The notes below the pieces were generated by a model that saw only the letters and a list, made by a program, of their open reading frames with translations, was not told the origin of the DNA and searched no databases. This document shows positions 44,245 through 54,195 of a stretch of 64,000 nucleotides of DNA, in pieces. Source of the DNA: a virus (Duplodnaviria; Heunggongvirae; Uroviricota; Caudoviricetes). Where the stretch lies: positions 49,372 to 113,371 of the IMG/VR virus record IMGVR_UViG_3300039008_000325. One strand, written 5' to 3'. Numbering within the stretch: the first letter of the stretch is position 1; each line of letters opens with the position of its first letter. The position numbers and the translations under genes were made by a program.

Positions 44245-45267
44245 TTAGTAATCACATAACATATCAAATTTAGATATCATTTTATCTACATCACATTGAG
44301 GTATTACTTTCCCATAACGATACTCATTCATCTCTTTCTGTTCTTTTAATCCAACTAATCTAAATAAGTATTTTATATTTCTATCATCTCTCTTAAAGAT
44401 TCTACGTTCTTTACGTGATACATTAACTTCATCAATTATAATATCATAGCCTTCTCGACAATATCTATTATAATCTTTTAATAGTTCTTTATCTATTTGT
44501 TTTTGTTGTTCATTACTTAATGAATTCCATCTATCAACATATGTTTCACCAGTACCGTGTTTCATTACATATTCATCTCTACTAATAACAACAGTATCAG
44601 GATTTTCTTTTAATATTTCTTTACATAAAGATGATTTACCAGAAGCTGGTAACCCTATTAAAATAGTAGTTGTAGGTTTACCCTCATCATATTCAACTTC
44701 TTGACTAATTAATCTTGGTGGAAAGAATCCATCTCCTGATGAAATTCTACCTTGACTATCATATATAGTAAAGTTATGTAATAGATCTAACTCTTCTTGA
44801 GTCATATTCTTTTCTACTAATCTTAAAGTCTTTTCATCTTTTACCAATAATTGATGAAAATTAATTACTTTAATAATTGGTAACATATCAGATTCTTTAA
44901 TATAACCTAATTTAACTAATTCTAATAGTAAATCAATAGCATACATAGAAGACACCTTTTCATGATTCTTAAAGAAGACTCTTGTTCTTTTACCACTATC
45001 ATCAACATCTCTAGTATACACCTTACCAATATCATGTAATAAAGCAATAACTCTTTCTACATTAGTCTTACATAATTTATAAACCATCATAGTATGAACC
45101 CAAACAGAACCTTCTTCATGATAAGGGTTACTGTAATAAACACCTTGACCACTAGATATTACTCTATAATCATCACTTACATAACCGTGATCACAATTTG
45201 ACATTTTAATATAAAGGTCGAAATGAAAATTTCTAAACCATTCAATTAAATTCATTTTTTCTTCCAT
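44245..45267 (-). CDS. HD-domain phosphohydrolase fused to T4-Pnk-like polynucleotide 5'-kinase
   Basis: N-terminal ALLHDIGK HD motif. C-terminal TTTILIGLPASGKSSLCKEILKENPDTVVISRDEY matches the T4 Pnk kinase pattern ILTIGCPGSGKSTWAREF...INRDDY. Confidence 0.65.
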   Translation of the reverse strand: MEEKMNLIEWFRNFHFDLYIKMSNCDHGYVSDDYRVISSGQGVYYSNPYHEEGSVWVHTMMVYKLCKTNVERVIALLHDIGKVYTRDVDDSGKRTRVFFKNHEKVSSMYAIDLLLELVKLGYIKESDMLPIIKVINFHQLLVKDEKTLRLVEKNMTQEELDLLHNFTIYDSQGRISSGDGFFPPRLISQEVEYDEGKPTTTILIGLPASGKSSLCKEILKENPDTVVISRDEYVMKHGTGETYVDRWNSLSNEQQKQIDKELLKDYNRYCREGYDIIIDEVNVSRKERRIFKRDDRNIKYLFRLVGLKEQKEMNEYRYGKVIPQCDVDKMISKFDMLCDY

Positions 45268-45325
45268 AATTTTTCTCCTCTTTGTGTATTATATATTATT
45301 TCCAAGTATAAATCAAATAAACATT

Positions 45326-45355
45326 AAAAAAGACTTATACTATTGCATAAGTCTT
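45326..45355 (-). terminator. intrinsic terminator for minus-strand HNH gene
   Basis: rc reads AAGACTTAT-GCAATAGT-ATAAGTCTT + TTTTT. Confidence 0.7.
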
Positions 45356-45405
45356 AATGTTACAACTAAGGAGAGAAAGAAGTAACATCTATATAATTAT
45401 TAATC

Positions 45406-46149
45406 TTAACCTTCATATCTATTACCTTTAATGAGATTTTCTTCAGCCCATAAAGGTTGTAAATTATTTAATGACCAGCACTCTTTTAGTTCTTCTTCAT
45501 TCTCACAACTAAACCAACTTTTAGGTTTAATATGATCAATATGCCAATCTCCATAATTGTTCCAAGACATACCAGGTCGAAATTGTTTTTCTAAATGTTG
45601 TTTTAAATCATCTATTGTATATCCAAACAATTTGAGATATTTAGATGTGGTTTTTGTTTTATTAATCGTTCGATTAAGTGTGGTTGAGATAATATGATTT
45701 AATTTATAATTAATATTTTCATTATATCTTTTATTTTGATATATCTTATTATAATTTTTTAATTTTTCCTTATTTTTCAATTTATATTGCTTTTGATATT
45801 CTCGAATCTTATTTCTTTTTAATTCTTTATATTCTTTAGAGTTTAATAGTTTCTGTTTTTCTAACTTTGCTAATAACTTTACTTCATCTTTAGCTTGTTG
45901 TTTTATAATTTTAAGTTGTTGTTTTTGATTTCTCGCTACTTCAGTTTTTAATAGGTATTTTTGCTGATATTTATTACGATTCTTTAAATAGTAATTTTTA
46001 GCTCGCTCTTTGTTATTTGTGTAGTAATTACTCTCACACAATTTACAACTATACTGATAACCATCTCCACTCGTTTTATTTTTATGAAACTCGTTTATAT
46101 TTTTTACTTCTTTACATTTAGTACATTTTTTATAAATAATTATAGACAT
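45406..46149 (-). CDS. HNH endonuclease with N-terminal zinc finger
   Basis: CTKC...CKLC N-terminus; GDWHIDHIKPKS...NLQPLWAEENLIKGN His-Me finger; paralogue of 54731 (both begin MSIIIYKK). Confidence 0.8.
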   Translation of the reverse strand: MSIIIYKKCTKCKEVKNINEFHKNKTSGDGYQYSCKLCESNYYTNNKERAKNYYLKNRNKYQQKYLLKTEVARNQKQQLKIIKQQAKDEVKLLAKLEKQKLLNSKEYKELKRNKIREYQKQYKLKNKEKLKNYNKIYQNKRYNENINYKLNHIISTTLNRTINKTKTTSKYLKLFGYTIDDLKQHLEKQFRPGMSWNNYGDWHIDHIKPKSWFSCENEEELKECWSLNNLQPLWAEENLIKGNRYEG

Positions 46150-46216
46150 TGATTAACTCCTTACGTTAATTTTTGTTTAGAATGGTATAAGTGTTGGTGC
46201 ATTTATACCTTTCGCT

Positions 46217-46236
46217 TTATATAATTATTTATAATT
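46217..46236 (-). promoter_or_regulatory. late promoter cassette on minus strand (drives HNH gene 45406-46149)
   Basis: TTATATAATTATTTATAATT is exact reverse complement of the consensus. Confidence 0.6.
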
Positions 46237-46247
46237 TCCAAGAACAT

Positions 46248-46267
46248 AATTATAAATAATTATATAA
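46248..46267 (+). promoter_or_regulatory. late promoter cassette (drives terminase gene); divergent with 46217-46236
   Basis: exact consensus 10 nt before TAAGGAG SD. Confidence 0.65.
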
Positions 46268-46277
46268 GGAGATTAAA

Positions 46278-47858
46278 ATGAGTATGAAAGATAATAGAGA
46301 TATCAACGGTAAAGAGTTATATTATAATAGGATAGAAGGTCTACGTAATAATAATGTAATAACACCTACATCTCTACAACAAGTTGAAGAAATTAAAAAA
46401 TGTCAAAATAGTTTTGAATATTTCTGTCGTAATTACTTTACAATTGTAACATTAGATAAAGGTGAGTGTTTATTTGAACCTTATGATTATCAAATAGAGT
46501 TCGCTGATTTAATTGAAGAAAATAGATTCGTTGTTGGTATGATGGCTAGACAGTTAGGTAAAGGTACAATTGTAACAGCTATATTAACATGGTATATGTT
46601 ATTTAAAAAAGATTATTCAGTTACTTATCTAGCACATGATCATAAAACAGCAATAGAAATGTTAAAGAGAATAAAATTAGCTTATTCATTACTACCAATG
46701 TGGTTACAAGTTGGTGTAACTAAATGGAATGAAAAATCAATTGAATTTGAAAATGGTTGTAGATTAGATGCTGCTGCTTGTACAGAAACCGCTGCTCGTG
46801 GTAGTTCTAGAAACATGATTGTATTAGACGAGTTCGCTTTCGTTAGATCAACTATTTCATCTGAATTCTTATCATCAGTTATACCTGCATTATCATCAGG
46901 TAGAAATACAAAATTAGTTATATTCTCTACACCAAATGGATTTAATGCATTTAGTAAGATATTTATCGATGCACAAAATGGTAAAAACGACTTTAAATGG
47001 ATTAAAAAAGATTGGAGAGCAATTCCAACAAGAGATGATAAATGGGCTAAGACTCAAAGAGATATCATGGGTGATGAGAAGTTTAATCAAGAGCACGAAT
47101 TAGAAATTTTAGGATCATCAGCAACACTATTAGATGCAGAATCATTAAATAAATTAAATAAAATAACACCTGTTTATGAAAATTCAGAACTAAGTGTTTA
47201 TGAACATCCTCAAGAAAAACATAGATATATAATCGGTGTCGATGTTGCTAGAGGTTTAGGTAAAGATTATACAGTTTGTCAAGTAGTAGATTATACAGAA
47301 TATCCATATAAGCAAGTTGCTATATTTAGATGTAATAAAACATCATATTTATTTATGCCAAAAATTATAAGTGATTTAGGTGTACATTATAATAATGCAA
47401 AGGTAATAGTAGAAGGTAATGATTTAGGTCAATCTGTAAGTGACTCATTATTTTATGGTACTGATGAAATGTCAGAATATGAAAATTTATTAGGTACAGG
47501 TAAAGATCCACATTCGGGTCAAATCATATTAAATGGAGTTAAAGATTTTAGAACATGTTTAATTACTACTAATAGAACAAAACTTTTAGGTTGTCGAAAA
47601 CTAAGAGAATTGATTAAATATGATAAACTTAAAATATATGATAAGTCAACAATTGAAGAATTCTACACATTTGTAGAAACAAACAGTGGTTATGCTGCTG
47701 AAGATCCAAATCATGATGACACTATTATGGGACTAGCTCTTATTGCTTGGTGTTTCTCACAAAAACAATTTATTGATGAAATTGAAAGCGACGTTTATGG
47801 TGATATCGCTGTGGAAAATGATGTTTGTTTAGCATTCAAAGATGCTAACACATTCTAA
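46278..47858 (+). CDS. terminase large subunit (T4 gp17-like)
   Basis: [20 protein letters not shown] matches the T4 gp17 pattern [38 protein letters not shown] matches AVRGNSFAMIYIDECAFI. C-terminal nuclease block [14 protein letters not shown] matches YHDDLVMSLVIFGW. Confidence 0.93.
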   Translation: [526 protein letters not shown]

Positions 47859-47859
47859 T

Positions 47860-47879
47860 AATTATAAATAATTATATAA
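47860..47879 (+). promoter_or_regulatory. late promoter cassette
   Basis: exact consensus 18 nt before ATG 47898. Confidence 0.65.
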
Positions 47880-47897
47880 GAAAATAAGGAAATAAAA

Positions 47898-48422
47898 ATG
47901 AATATACAAGAAAAAATGTTAAATTTCTTAGAAGCTAATAGTGTAGAAGAATTATTAGAAGCTAAAGATGAAATGTTAGCTGCATTAAATGATATTGCAA
48001 AGATTACAAAATCAGGTAGAACAGCAGTAAGTAAATTAGAAAAACAAGTTGCTAAGAATCCTTTAGCTGATGCTAACTATAATATTGGTAAACAATTAGA
48101 TAGTATCGATTTATCTTTTAGTAATGCGCAAATGTATTGTGAAGAATTAAAAACAGAATATAAGAAATTAGTAGATGAAAAAAGAAAAGCAGATGATAAG
48201 ATTATTAAAAATATTAACAATCTTAAAGTTGTTGATAATACAGCTACCAACAACACTATTAAATCAAACCTTAAAAATGCAATTAAAAAGGGTGCTACAA
48301 TATCAGATGTAAATAATACATCAGTTACGTTTGAAGATGAAAAGAGTTTAGCTATTGGTAAAAAAGAATTAAGTAGTGGATTCAAATATCAATCATCTAA
48401 AGGAAACACTATTAAATTCTAA
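47898..48422 (+). CDS. hypothetical protein
   Basis: 174 aa, coiled-coil N-terminus. Confidence 0.45.
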   Translation: MNIQEKMLNFLEANSVEELLEAKDEMLAALNDIAKITKSGRTAVSKLEKQVAKNPLADANYNIGKQLDSIDLSFSNAQMYCEELKTEYKKLVDEKRKADDKIIKNINNLKVVDNTATNNTIKSNLKNAIKKGATISDVNNTSVTFEDEKSLAIGKKELSSGFKYQSSKGNTIKF

Positions 48423-48450
48423 TTATAGGAGTTTATTATAGGAGTTTATT

Positions 48451-48978
48451 ATGGGTAAACAATTAACAAAACATTTTTCATTAGAAGAGGTTTGTAACTC
48501 TTCATCAGCAACAAGATTAGGTATTAATAATTATATTGATCCACAAAATAATAAACAAATCTATGATTGTGTATTAGATACATTAAAATATGTTTGTGAA
48601 CCGATTAGAGAATATTATGGAATACCATATAGCTTCAATAGTTTTTATAGAAGCTCTGCATTAAATACAGCTATTGGAGGATCAAAAACTTCAGATCACT
48701 GTAAAGGTAAAGCAGCAGATATTGAAATTCCATCTATTCATAATATCGATTTAGGTATCTGGTGTTATTACAATTTAGAATTTAAACAATTAATTTTTGA
48801 ATTTGTAGATGTAGATAGTCCAAGAGCAGGATGGATACATATATCATATGATAAAAATAATAACAAAGGTCAAGTTTTATTTGCAAAGAAAAACTCTTTA
48901 GGTAAAACATATTACGAAAGTAAATCTTATGAAGAGATGACTGACTTTATTCAAAAATGGAATAATAACGAATTTTAA
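48451..48978 (+). CDS. peptidase M15 family cell-wall hydrolase (endolysin candidate)
   Basis: SFYRSSALNTAIGGSKTSDHCKGKAADIEI matches M15 zinc-ligand motif (S.H..G.A.D). Confidence 0.65.
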   Translation: MGKQLTKHFSLEEVCNSSSATRLGINNYIDPQNNKQIYDCVLDTLKYVCEPIREYYGIPYSFNSFYRSSALNTAIGGSKTSDHCKGKAADIEIPSIHNIDLGIWCYYNLEFKQLIFEFVDVDSPRAGWIHISYDKNNNKGQVLFAKKNSLGKTYYESKSYEEMTDFIQKWNNNEF

Positions 48979-48988
48979 GGAACATAAA

Positions 48989-49264
48989 ATGGATACTCTT
49001 GAAAAAATGAAAGCGTTTTTAGAAAAATCAATCACTGATGTTAAGGTTAAACCTGGTAAGATGCATAAAGCTTTAGGTATTGAACAAGGTAAAGATATAT
49101 CAGATGTATATGATTCAGGTGAAAAGCTAGCTAAAGCGTTACTCAATAAAGTGGGGAGAAAAGAAGCTGCTGGCATGATAAATTATGCTGCAAATATATC
49201 TAAAAAGAAAAATATATTTGATGCAGCTCAAAAATATTTAAGTGATACAAGCGAAGAGGATTAA
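48989..49264 (+). CDS. hypothetical protein
   Basis: 91 aa. Confidence 0.4.
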   Translation: MDTLEKMKAFLEKSITDVKVKPGKMHKALGIEQGKDISDVYDSGEKLAKALLNKVGRKEAAGMINYAANISKKKNIFDAAQKYLSDTSEED

Positions 49265-49266
49265 TC

Positions 49267-49515
49267 ATGAAAAAAATATTAGAAAACATTAAAGCATTTT
49301 TTAAAACATTAACATTTAAAAAGATCAAAGATGAGTCTAAAGAACTTGTTGTAAGATCAATAAATGATATATCAGAAAATTTAATCGTAGCAGCTAAAGG
49401 TGTATATGCATTGTTAAAGCTTGCTAGAGATATTATACTTTTAAGTGGATTTTCTTATATCGTATACAAAATTTTAACGTTACTATATACAGTAATTTTA
49501 TTAATCATTCAATAA
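49267..49515 (+). CDS. small membrane protein (holin candidate)
   Basis: 82 aa with C-terminal hydrophobic helices LLSGFSYIVYKILTLLYTVILLII, located in the lysis cassette. Confidence 0.35.
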   Translation: MKKILENIKAFFKTLTFKKIKDESKELVVRSINDISENLIVAAKGVYALLKLARDIILLSGFSYIVYKILTLLYTVILLIIQ

Positions 49516-49538
49516 TATTTAAACTATAGGAGAAATGA

Positions 49539-49793
49539 ATGAGCAACCTTAAATTGTTAAAAATTATATCTACAATTATACTAGCAGTATTTTTACTGAC
49601 ACTTAGTGGTTGCTCTTCTCCAAACGTTGGTGGTACAAAAGTACAATTAACACCTTTAACATACCCAGAGGATGTTAATCCAGAAGCCCCTGAAGTTAAT
49701 ATAAACAGAATGGCTTATGGTTTGCTTCATGATTTAAAAATTCAAAGAGAAGCAGTAAAATTACATAATCAAGCAATTGATAAAAGTAATTAA
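49539..49793 (+). CDS. outer-membrane lipoprotein spanin (o-spanin-like)
   Basis: lipobox LTLSGC after signal peptide; 84 aa. Confidence 0.5.
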   Translation: MSNLKLLKIISTIILAVFLLTLSGCSSPNVGGTKVQLTPLTYPEDVNPEAPEVNINRMAYGLLHDLKIQREAVKLHNQAIDKSN

Positions 49794-49824
49794 ACATTTC
49801 CTAGGTAAAATAACGAGGAAGATA

Positions 49825-50124
49825 ATGAAGACTAAATTATATTTTGGTTTATTTATTCTTTGGACTTGTTTGGTATCATATTTAACATATGACTATTCAA
49901 ATGCAAAGTCCTTAGCTAAAGAGAATAAAAAGCTAAACGAAAAAATAGTGACATTGGAAGACAACGAAGAAAAGTTAAATAAGTTTATACAAAAGCAAAA
50001 CAAAGAATATCAAATAAACCTTTCAAAAGCTTCAAAAGCAAAATGTGGAAATACAGAAGCATTGCAAACAGAAGCAGAAAAGATTAGAAGTTTAGTAATA
50101 CAATTAATAGAAGAAGATCAATAA
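49825..50124 (+). CDS. inner-membrane spanin (i-spanin-like)
   Basis: N-terminal TM LYFGLFILWTCLVSYL followed by coiled coil; start trimmed to ATG after GAGGAAGATA. Confidence 0.45.
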   Translation: MKTKLYFGLFILWTCLVSYLTYDYSNAKSLAKENKKLNEKIVTLEDNEEKLNKFIQKQNKEYQINLSKASKAKCGNTEALQTEAEKIRSLVIQLIEEDQ

Positions 50125-50732
50125 TGACAACCAACCAATTTTTCAACACAACGGGATACACACCGACGCAAGATTTAATTGATTCTTTAAAAATAGAAGC
50201 AATTCAAATGTATGGTCAAGATATGTACTATATTGTTAGAACTGAAAATGATGTAGATACTCTTTACGGAGAAGATACATTAAATATTTTTAAAATAAAA
50301 TATCAAATAGAGATGTATGTTGAAACTATTGAAAATTTCGATGGTGAAAATGAATTTATGAGTAAATTTGGATTTGAGTTAAATGATAAATCTGAATTTT
50401 TAGTAAATGCAACTAGATTCACAGAAGAAACTGGTAAAGAAAAACCAGATGAAGGTGATTTAGTATACTGGCCTTTAGCTAATAAATTGTTTCAAATTAC
50501 TAAAGTAGATCATGATGATGATTTTTATGAATTAGGTAAAAATTATAATCATAAATTATCATTAGAACTATTTACTTATAATCAAGAAGAACTAGATACA
50601 GATATTGTAGCAATTGATAGTTTAGAAGAAATAAATTTTGAAGATGTTTCATCAGAAGAATCATCTTATAGTGATAATAAAGTATTAGAAGATAGTCTAA
50701 ATGAAAATGATTTAGAAATAAATGATAACTAG
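50124..50732 (+). CDS. hypothetical acidic structural protein
   Basis: 202 aa, ATAATG overlap. Confidence 0.45.
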   Translation: MTTNQFFNTTGYTPTQDLIDSLKIEAIQMYGQDMYYIVRTENDVDTLYGEDTLNIFKIKYQIEMYVETIENFDGENEFMSKFGFELNDKSEFLVNATRFTEETGKEKPDEGDLVYWPLANKLFQITKVDHDDDFYELGKNYNHKLSLELFTYNQEELDTDIVAIDSLEEINFEDVSSEESSYSDNKVLEDSLNENDLEINDN

Positions 50733-50740
50733 GAAATAAA

Positions 50741-52345
50741 ATGAGAACTTTAGAAGAAATTAGAACAAGTTTAAGAGATTATATGAAATCACAACCAGAA
50801 TTTTCTGAATATGATTTTGATACAATTACAGGTGGTATGAATGTAATTAATGAAATGAATAGTAAATCTGCCTATGATGTTGATGTATCTAATACATTAT
50901 CAGGTAATGAATTTTGGTTAGCTACATTAGAAACATCAACAGCTTTATTTAGAAAGGCAGTTGAAATACAATACCCTATTACTAATAGAGTGTCATCTCG
51001 TATTAGTATTCAAATTACTGGTGATAGTAGTGTAAATGTTACTATACCTAAATTTACTAAATTTGCTTCAGCTGATGGAACTATACAATTTCTTACAACT
51101 GAAGATGTAATATTAGTTTCTCAAGACGGTAAAGTATCTGGTGAATTATATCTTATTCAAGGTATTGTTTATAACTATGTAAAGACTATAGAAGAAGTTA
51201 ACGAGATAATAAGAATACCTAATATAAACATTGATTCTACCACATTTAATGTAACAGTAACACAAGATGTTATTAATAAAACATTAGTAGAAAAGAATAA
51301 CGTCTTATTTGATAACAGCTATTTTGTTAAACAAATCGTAGATGGTGGTTATATTGAGTTATATTGTGATGATAATTATCTTAATATAAATGATATATTT
51401 AATGTTGATTATTTGGTAAGTGAAGGTGCTGCTGGTAATGATATTAATAATATTACTTTACTTGATGATTTAAATATGACTAATATTACAATTACTCCAT
51501 TAGGTTCAAGTTTCGGTGGTAAAGATCAAGTTGATATTGTTAAAGAAACAATTAATATGAAACAATGGACTAATGCACAAAATAGAGCTGTAACAGCTGA
51601 AGATTATAGAGTATTAGTATCTGCACATTTCCCAGAATTCAAAGATGTATATGTATTTGGTGGTGAAGATGCATCACCTCCACAATATAATAAAGTATTT
51701 ATCAATGTTGATATCGAAGACGGGTTTTTATCTGATAGATTAGAAGATAATATTATTAATACAATTAGACGTTACAATTACTTAAATGGTCAGGTTGATG
51801 TTGAACAAGCACAAAAATTATGGTTTAATATCAATGGTACAATTTATACAGGTAATAATATTGTAAGTATTGAAGATATGAGTGCTCAAGCACAAACAAC
51901 AGTAGAAAATTATTTTGATAATATTAGTAATCTATTTAGTGTATCACAATTACAAAGTCAATTAAATGAAGGTGAATATGTTGATACAAGTTATGTTGAT
52001 TTCAGTTGTTTTAAGAAAATTAACCCACAAGGTTCTACTTCAATTGTTATAGATTATGGTAATCAAATTATAACATTTAAAACTAGTAACTTTGTTTATA
52101 AAAATGAAAATCATTATATTGAATATGTAAATGGTTCATTAAACTTATATAAAGCCACAGGTGGTGGAATATTAGTAAAACCAAATGTTGGAGATGTTAG
52201 TTCAAGTGGTATAGTTACAATATTTAATGTAGAAATAAATGAAGAAATTACATGTACAGTTAATTTCGTAAATCAAGATATTAAAAAAATTAGAAACAAT
52301 ACATTCTATTTAAGTGAAGTAAATATAGAAGGTAGAAGACTTTAA
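50741..52345 (+). CDS. hypothetical virion structural protein (baseplate candidate)
   Basis: 534 aa beta-rich. Confidence 0.45.
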   Translation: MRTLEEIRTSLRDYMKSQPEFSEYDFDTITGGMNVINEMNSKSAYDVDVSNTLSGNEFWLATLETSTALFRKAVEIQYPITNRVSSRISIQITGDSSVNVTIPKFTKFASADGTIQFLTTEDVILVSQDGKVSGELYLIQGIVYNYVKTIEEVNEIIRIPNINIDSTTFNVTVTQDVINKTLVEKNNVLFDNSYFVKQIVDGGYIELYCDDNYLNINDIFNVDYLVSEGAAGNDINNITLLDDLNMTNITITPLGSSFGGKDQVDIVKETINMKQWTNAQNRAVTAEDYRVLVSAHFPEFKDVYVFGGEDASPPQYNKVFINVDIEDGFLSDRLEDNIINTIRRYNYLNGQVDVEQAQKLWFNINGTIYTGNNIVSIEDMSAQAQTTVENYFDNISNLFSVSQLQSQLNEGEYVDTSYVDFSCFKKINPQGSTSIVIDYGNQIITFKTSNFVYKNENHYIEYVNGSLNLYKATGGGILVKPNVGDVSSSGIVTIFNVEINEEITCTVNFVNQDIKKIRNNTFYLSEVNIEGRRL

Positions 52346-52367
52346 ACAAAATTATAAGGAGAAATAA

Positions 52368-52745
52368 ATGAGAGATTTTGATAAGTTCACAGAAGCAAAT
52401 TATAAAGCATTTTTAGATGTGTTTTATTATAAATATGAAAGTGTTAATTTAAGTAAAACAGATATTGGTAGATTTAAAGCTAGATTTAAATCAGATGAAA
52501 AATGTGATGTAACTATATACAGTTTTCATAAAGATTATAGAATAATATTACAATCTATTGAAAAACTTTATGATGCAATCATCAAAGGTACAAACACTTT
52601 ACAACATATTAATAATGTATCATATATGATAACATCTTTAGCTGATAAAAAACTTAAAAAAGAATTATATAATCATGTTATTAATAAAAAATATAACAAA
52701 CATAAAAAAGCATATTTAAAGTTAACTGAAAATGAAAATAAATAA
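52368..52745 (+). CDS. hypothetical protein
   Basis: 125 aa. Confidence 0.4.
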   Translation: MRDFDKFTEANYKAFLDVFYYKYESVNLSKTDIGRFKARFKSDEKCDVTIYSFHKDYRIILQSIEKLYDAIIKGTNTLQHINNVSYMITSLADKKLKKELYNHVINKKYNKHKKAYLKLTENENK

Positions 52746-52894
52746 ACTACATATAGAATATATTCTTAAAAGTCAACTTTCTTTAGATCAATTTAAAGAG
52801 ACTGAAGAAAGAGAAGACTATGAAACTTCTGTACGTTTTTTACAACGTGGTTTAGAAGGTATTCTAGAAGATTTTAAAAAAGAATTGAAGAATA

Positions 52895-53479
52895 ATGGCA
52901 GATAAAACACAAGATGTATTTAGCGATATACAATCGTTTGCAACCTTAAGAGGTTTTACTAGTGATAAAACTAAAAAATCTATTAAGTGGTATCAAGATC
53001 AAGTATCTCAATTTCAAAATATTAAACGTTTTGATATATTAGCAAGTAATAAGAAAAATCAAAGAGCAACTATTAAACCTGGAACAATGGCATTTTATTT
53101 CTATTCTCCAAAGATGAAAAAAGAGTTACCTTATTATGATACATTTCCATTAATAATTTATGTTGAACCCGCAGATGGTGGTTGGTATGGTCTTAATATG
53201 CACTATTTACCACCTGCACTCAGAGCTAAATTATATACTAAACTATTAAAATATAATTCGGAAAATAAATTTGATTTATCATATCAATTATTAAAATCAC
53301 TTGGTAATATATGGAAACCTGCTTTCAAAAGATACCTTAAGAAACAAGTTAAATCAAATTTTGTAATTGTTCCTGAAGAAAGTATGACAGCTAGTATATT
53401 TTTACCGGTTGCTAGTTGGAAAGGTGCAACACAGTCTCAAATATGGAAAGATAGTAGGAAGCAACTGGTAAAAACATAA
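52895..53479 (+). CDS. hypothetical protein
   Basis: 194 aa. Confidence 0.4.
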   Translation: MADKTQDVFSDIQSFATLRGFTSDKTKKSIKWYQDQVSQFQNIKRFDILASNKKNQRATIKPGTMAFYFYSPKMKKELPYYDTFPLIIYVEPADGGWYGLNMHYLPPALRAKLYTKLLKYNSENKFDLSYQLLKSLGNIWKPAFKRYLKKQVKSNFVIVPEESMTASIFLPVASWKGATQSQIWKDSRKQLVKT

Positions 53480-53498
53480 ATTATAAATAATTATATAA
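53479..53498 (+). promoter_or_regulatory. late promoter cassette (overlaps stop of upstream gene)
   Basis: exact consensus + AAGGAATATAATTATG leader. Confidence 0.65.
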
Positions 53499-53517
53499 CT
53501 TAAAAAGGAATATAATT

Positions 53518-54195
53518 ATGAAAAGACAATATAAATATTTTTATATATATAAAATAACAAATCTAATAACAAATAAAATATACATAGGTCAAAAAAGATC
53601 TTTTAAACACCCTTCTTGTGACGGGTATATGGGAAGTGGTAAATGTTTAAAAAATTCTATAAATAAACATGGTATTGAACATTTTAAAAAAGATATTTTA
53701 GAAGAATTCGATAATGAATCACTTTTAAATGAAAGAGAAATATATTGGATTGATAAACTAGATGCTACTGATATTAATATAGGTTATAATATATCTAGAG
53801 GTGGTATAGGTGGAACTGGACACAAAGGTTGTAAACATTCTAAAGAATCCAGAGATAAAATGTCTAAAAAATTAAAAGGTAGAACTGCATGGAATAAAGG
53901 TAAAAAATTACCACCTATGTCTGATGAACAAAAAGAAAAAAGAAGAATAAAAGCTCAAGGTAAAAAACATTATCATAATCCATTAACATTAGAGCAAAAA
54001 TGTTTAATACCAGGAACACAACCAATTGGTTGGATTTTAGGTATGAATCCAAAATCAGTTGAAAAGAGAAGACAAACAGTATTACAAGAAAAAACATATA
54101 AGGGAAATAAACACCCTATGTATGGTAAAAAACACACTGAGCAATCTAAGAAAAAAATGTCTCTTTCTTCAAGAAAAATGGCTACAGGGAAGTAA
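53518..54195 (+). CDS. GIY-YIG homing endonuclease
   Basis: YFYIYKITNLITNKIYIGQ...GYMGSG; NUMOD3-like HSKESRDKMS. Confidence 0.8.
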   Translation: MKRQYKYFYIYKITNLITNKIYIGQKRSFKHPSCDGYMGSGKCLKNSINKHGIEHFKKDILEEFDNESLLNEREIYWIDKLDATDINIGYNISRGGIGGTGHKGCKHSKESRDKMSKKLKGRTAWNKGKKLPPMSDEQKEKRRIKAQGKKHYHNPLTLEQKCLIPGTQPIGWILGMNPKSVEKRRQTVLQEKTYKGNKHPMYGKKHTEQSKKKMSLSSRKMATGK

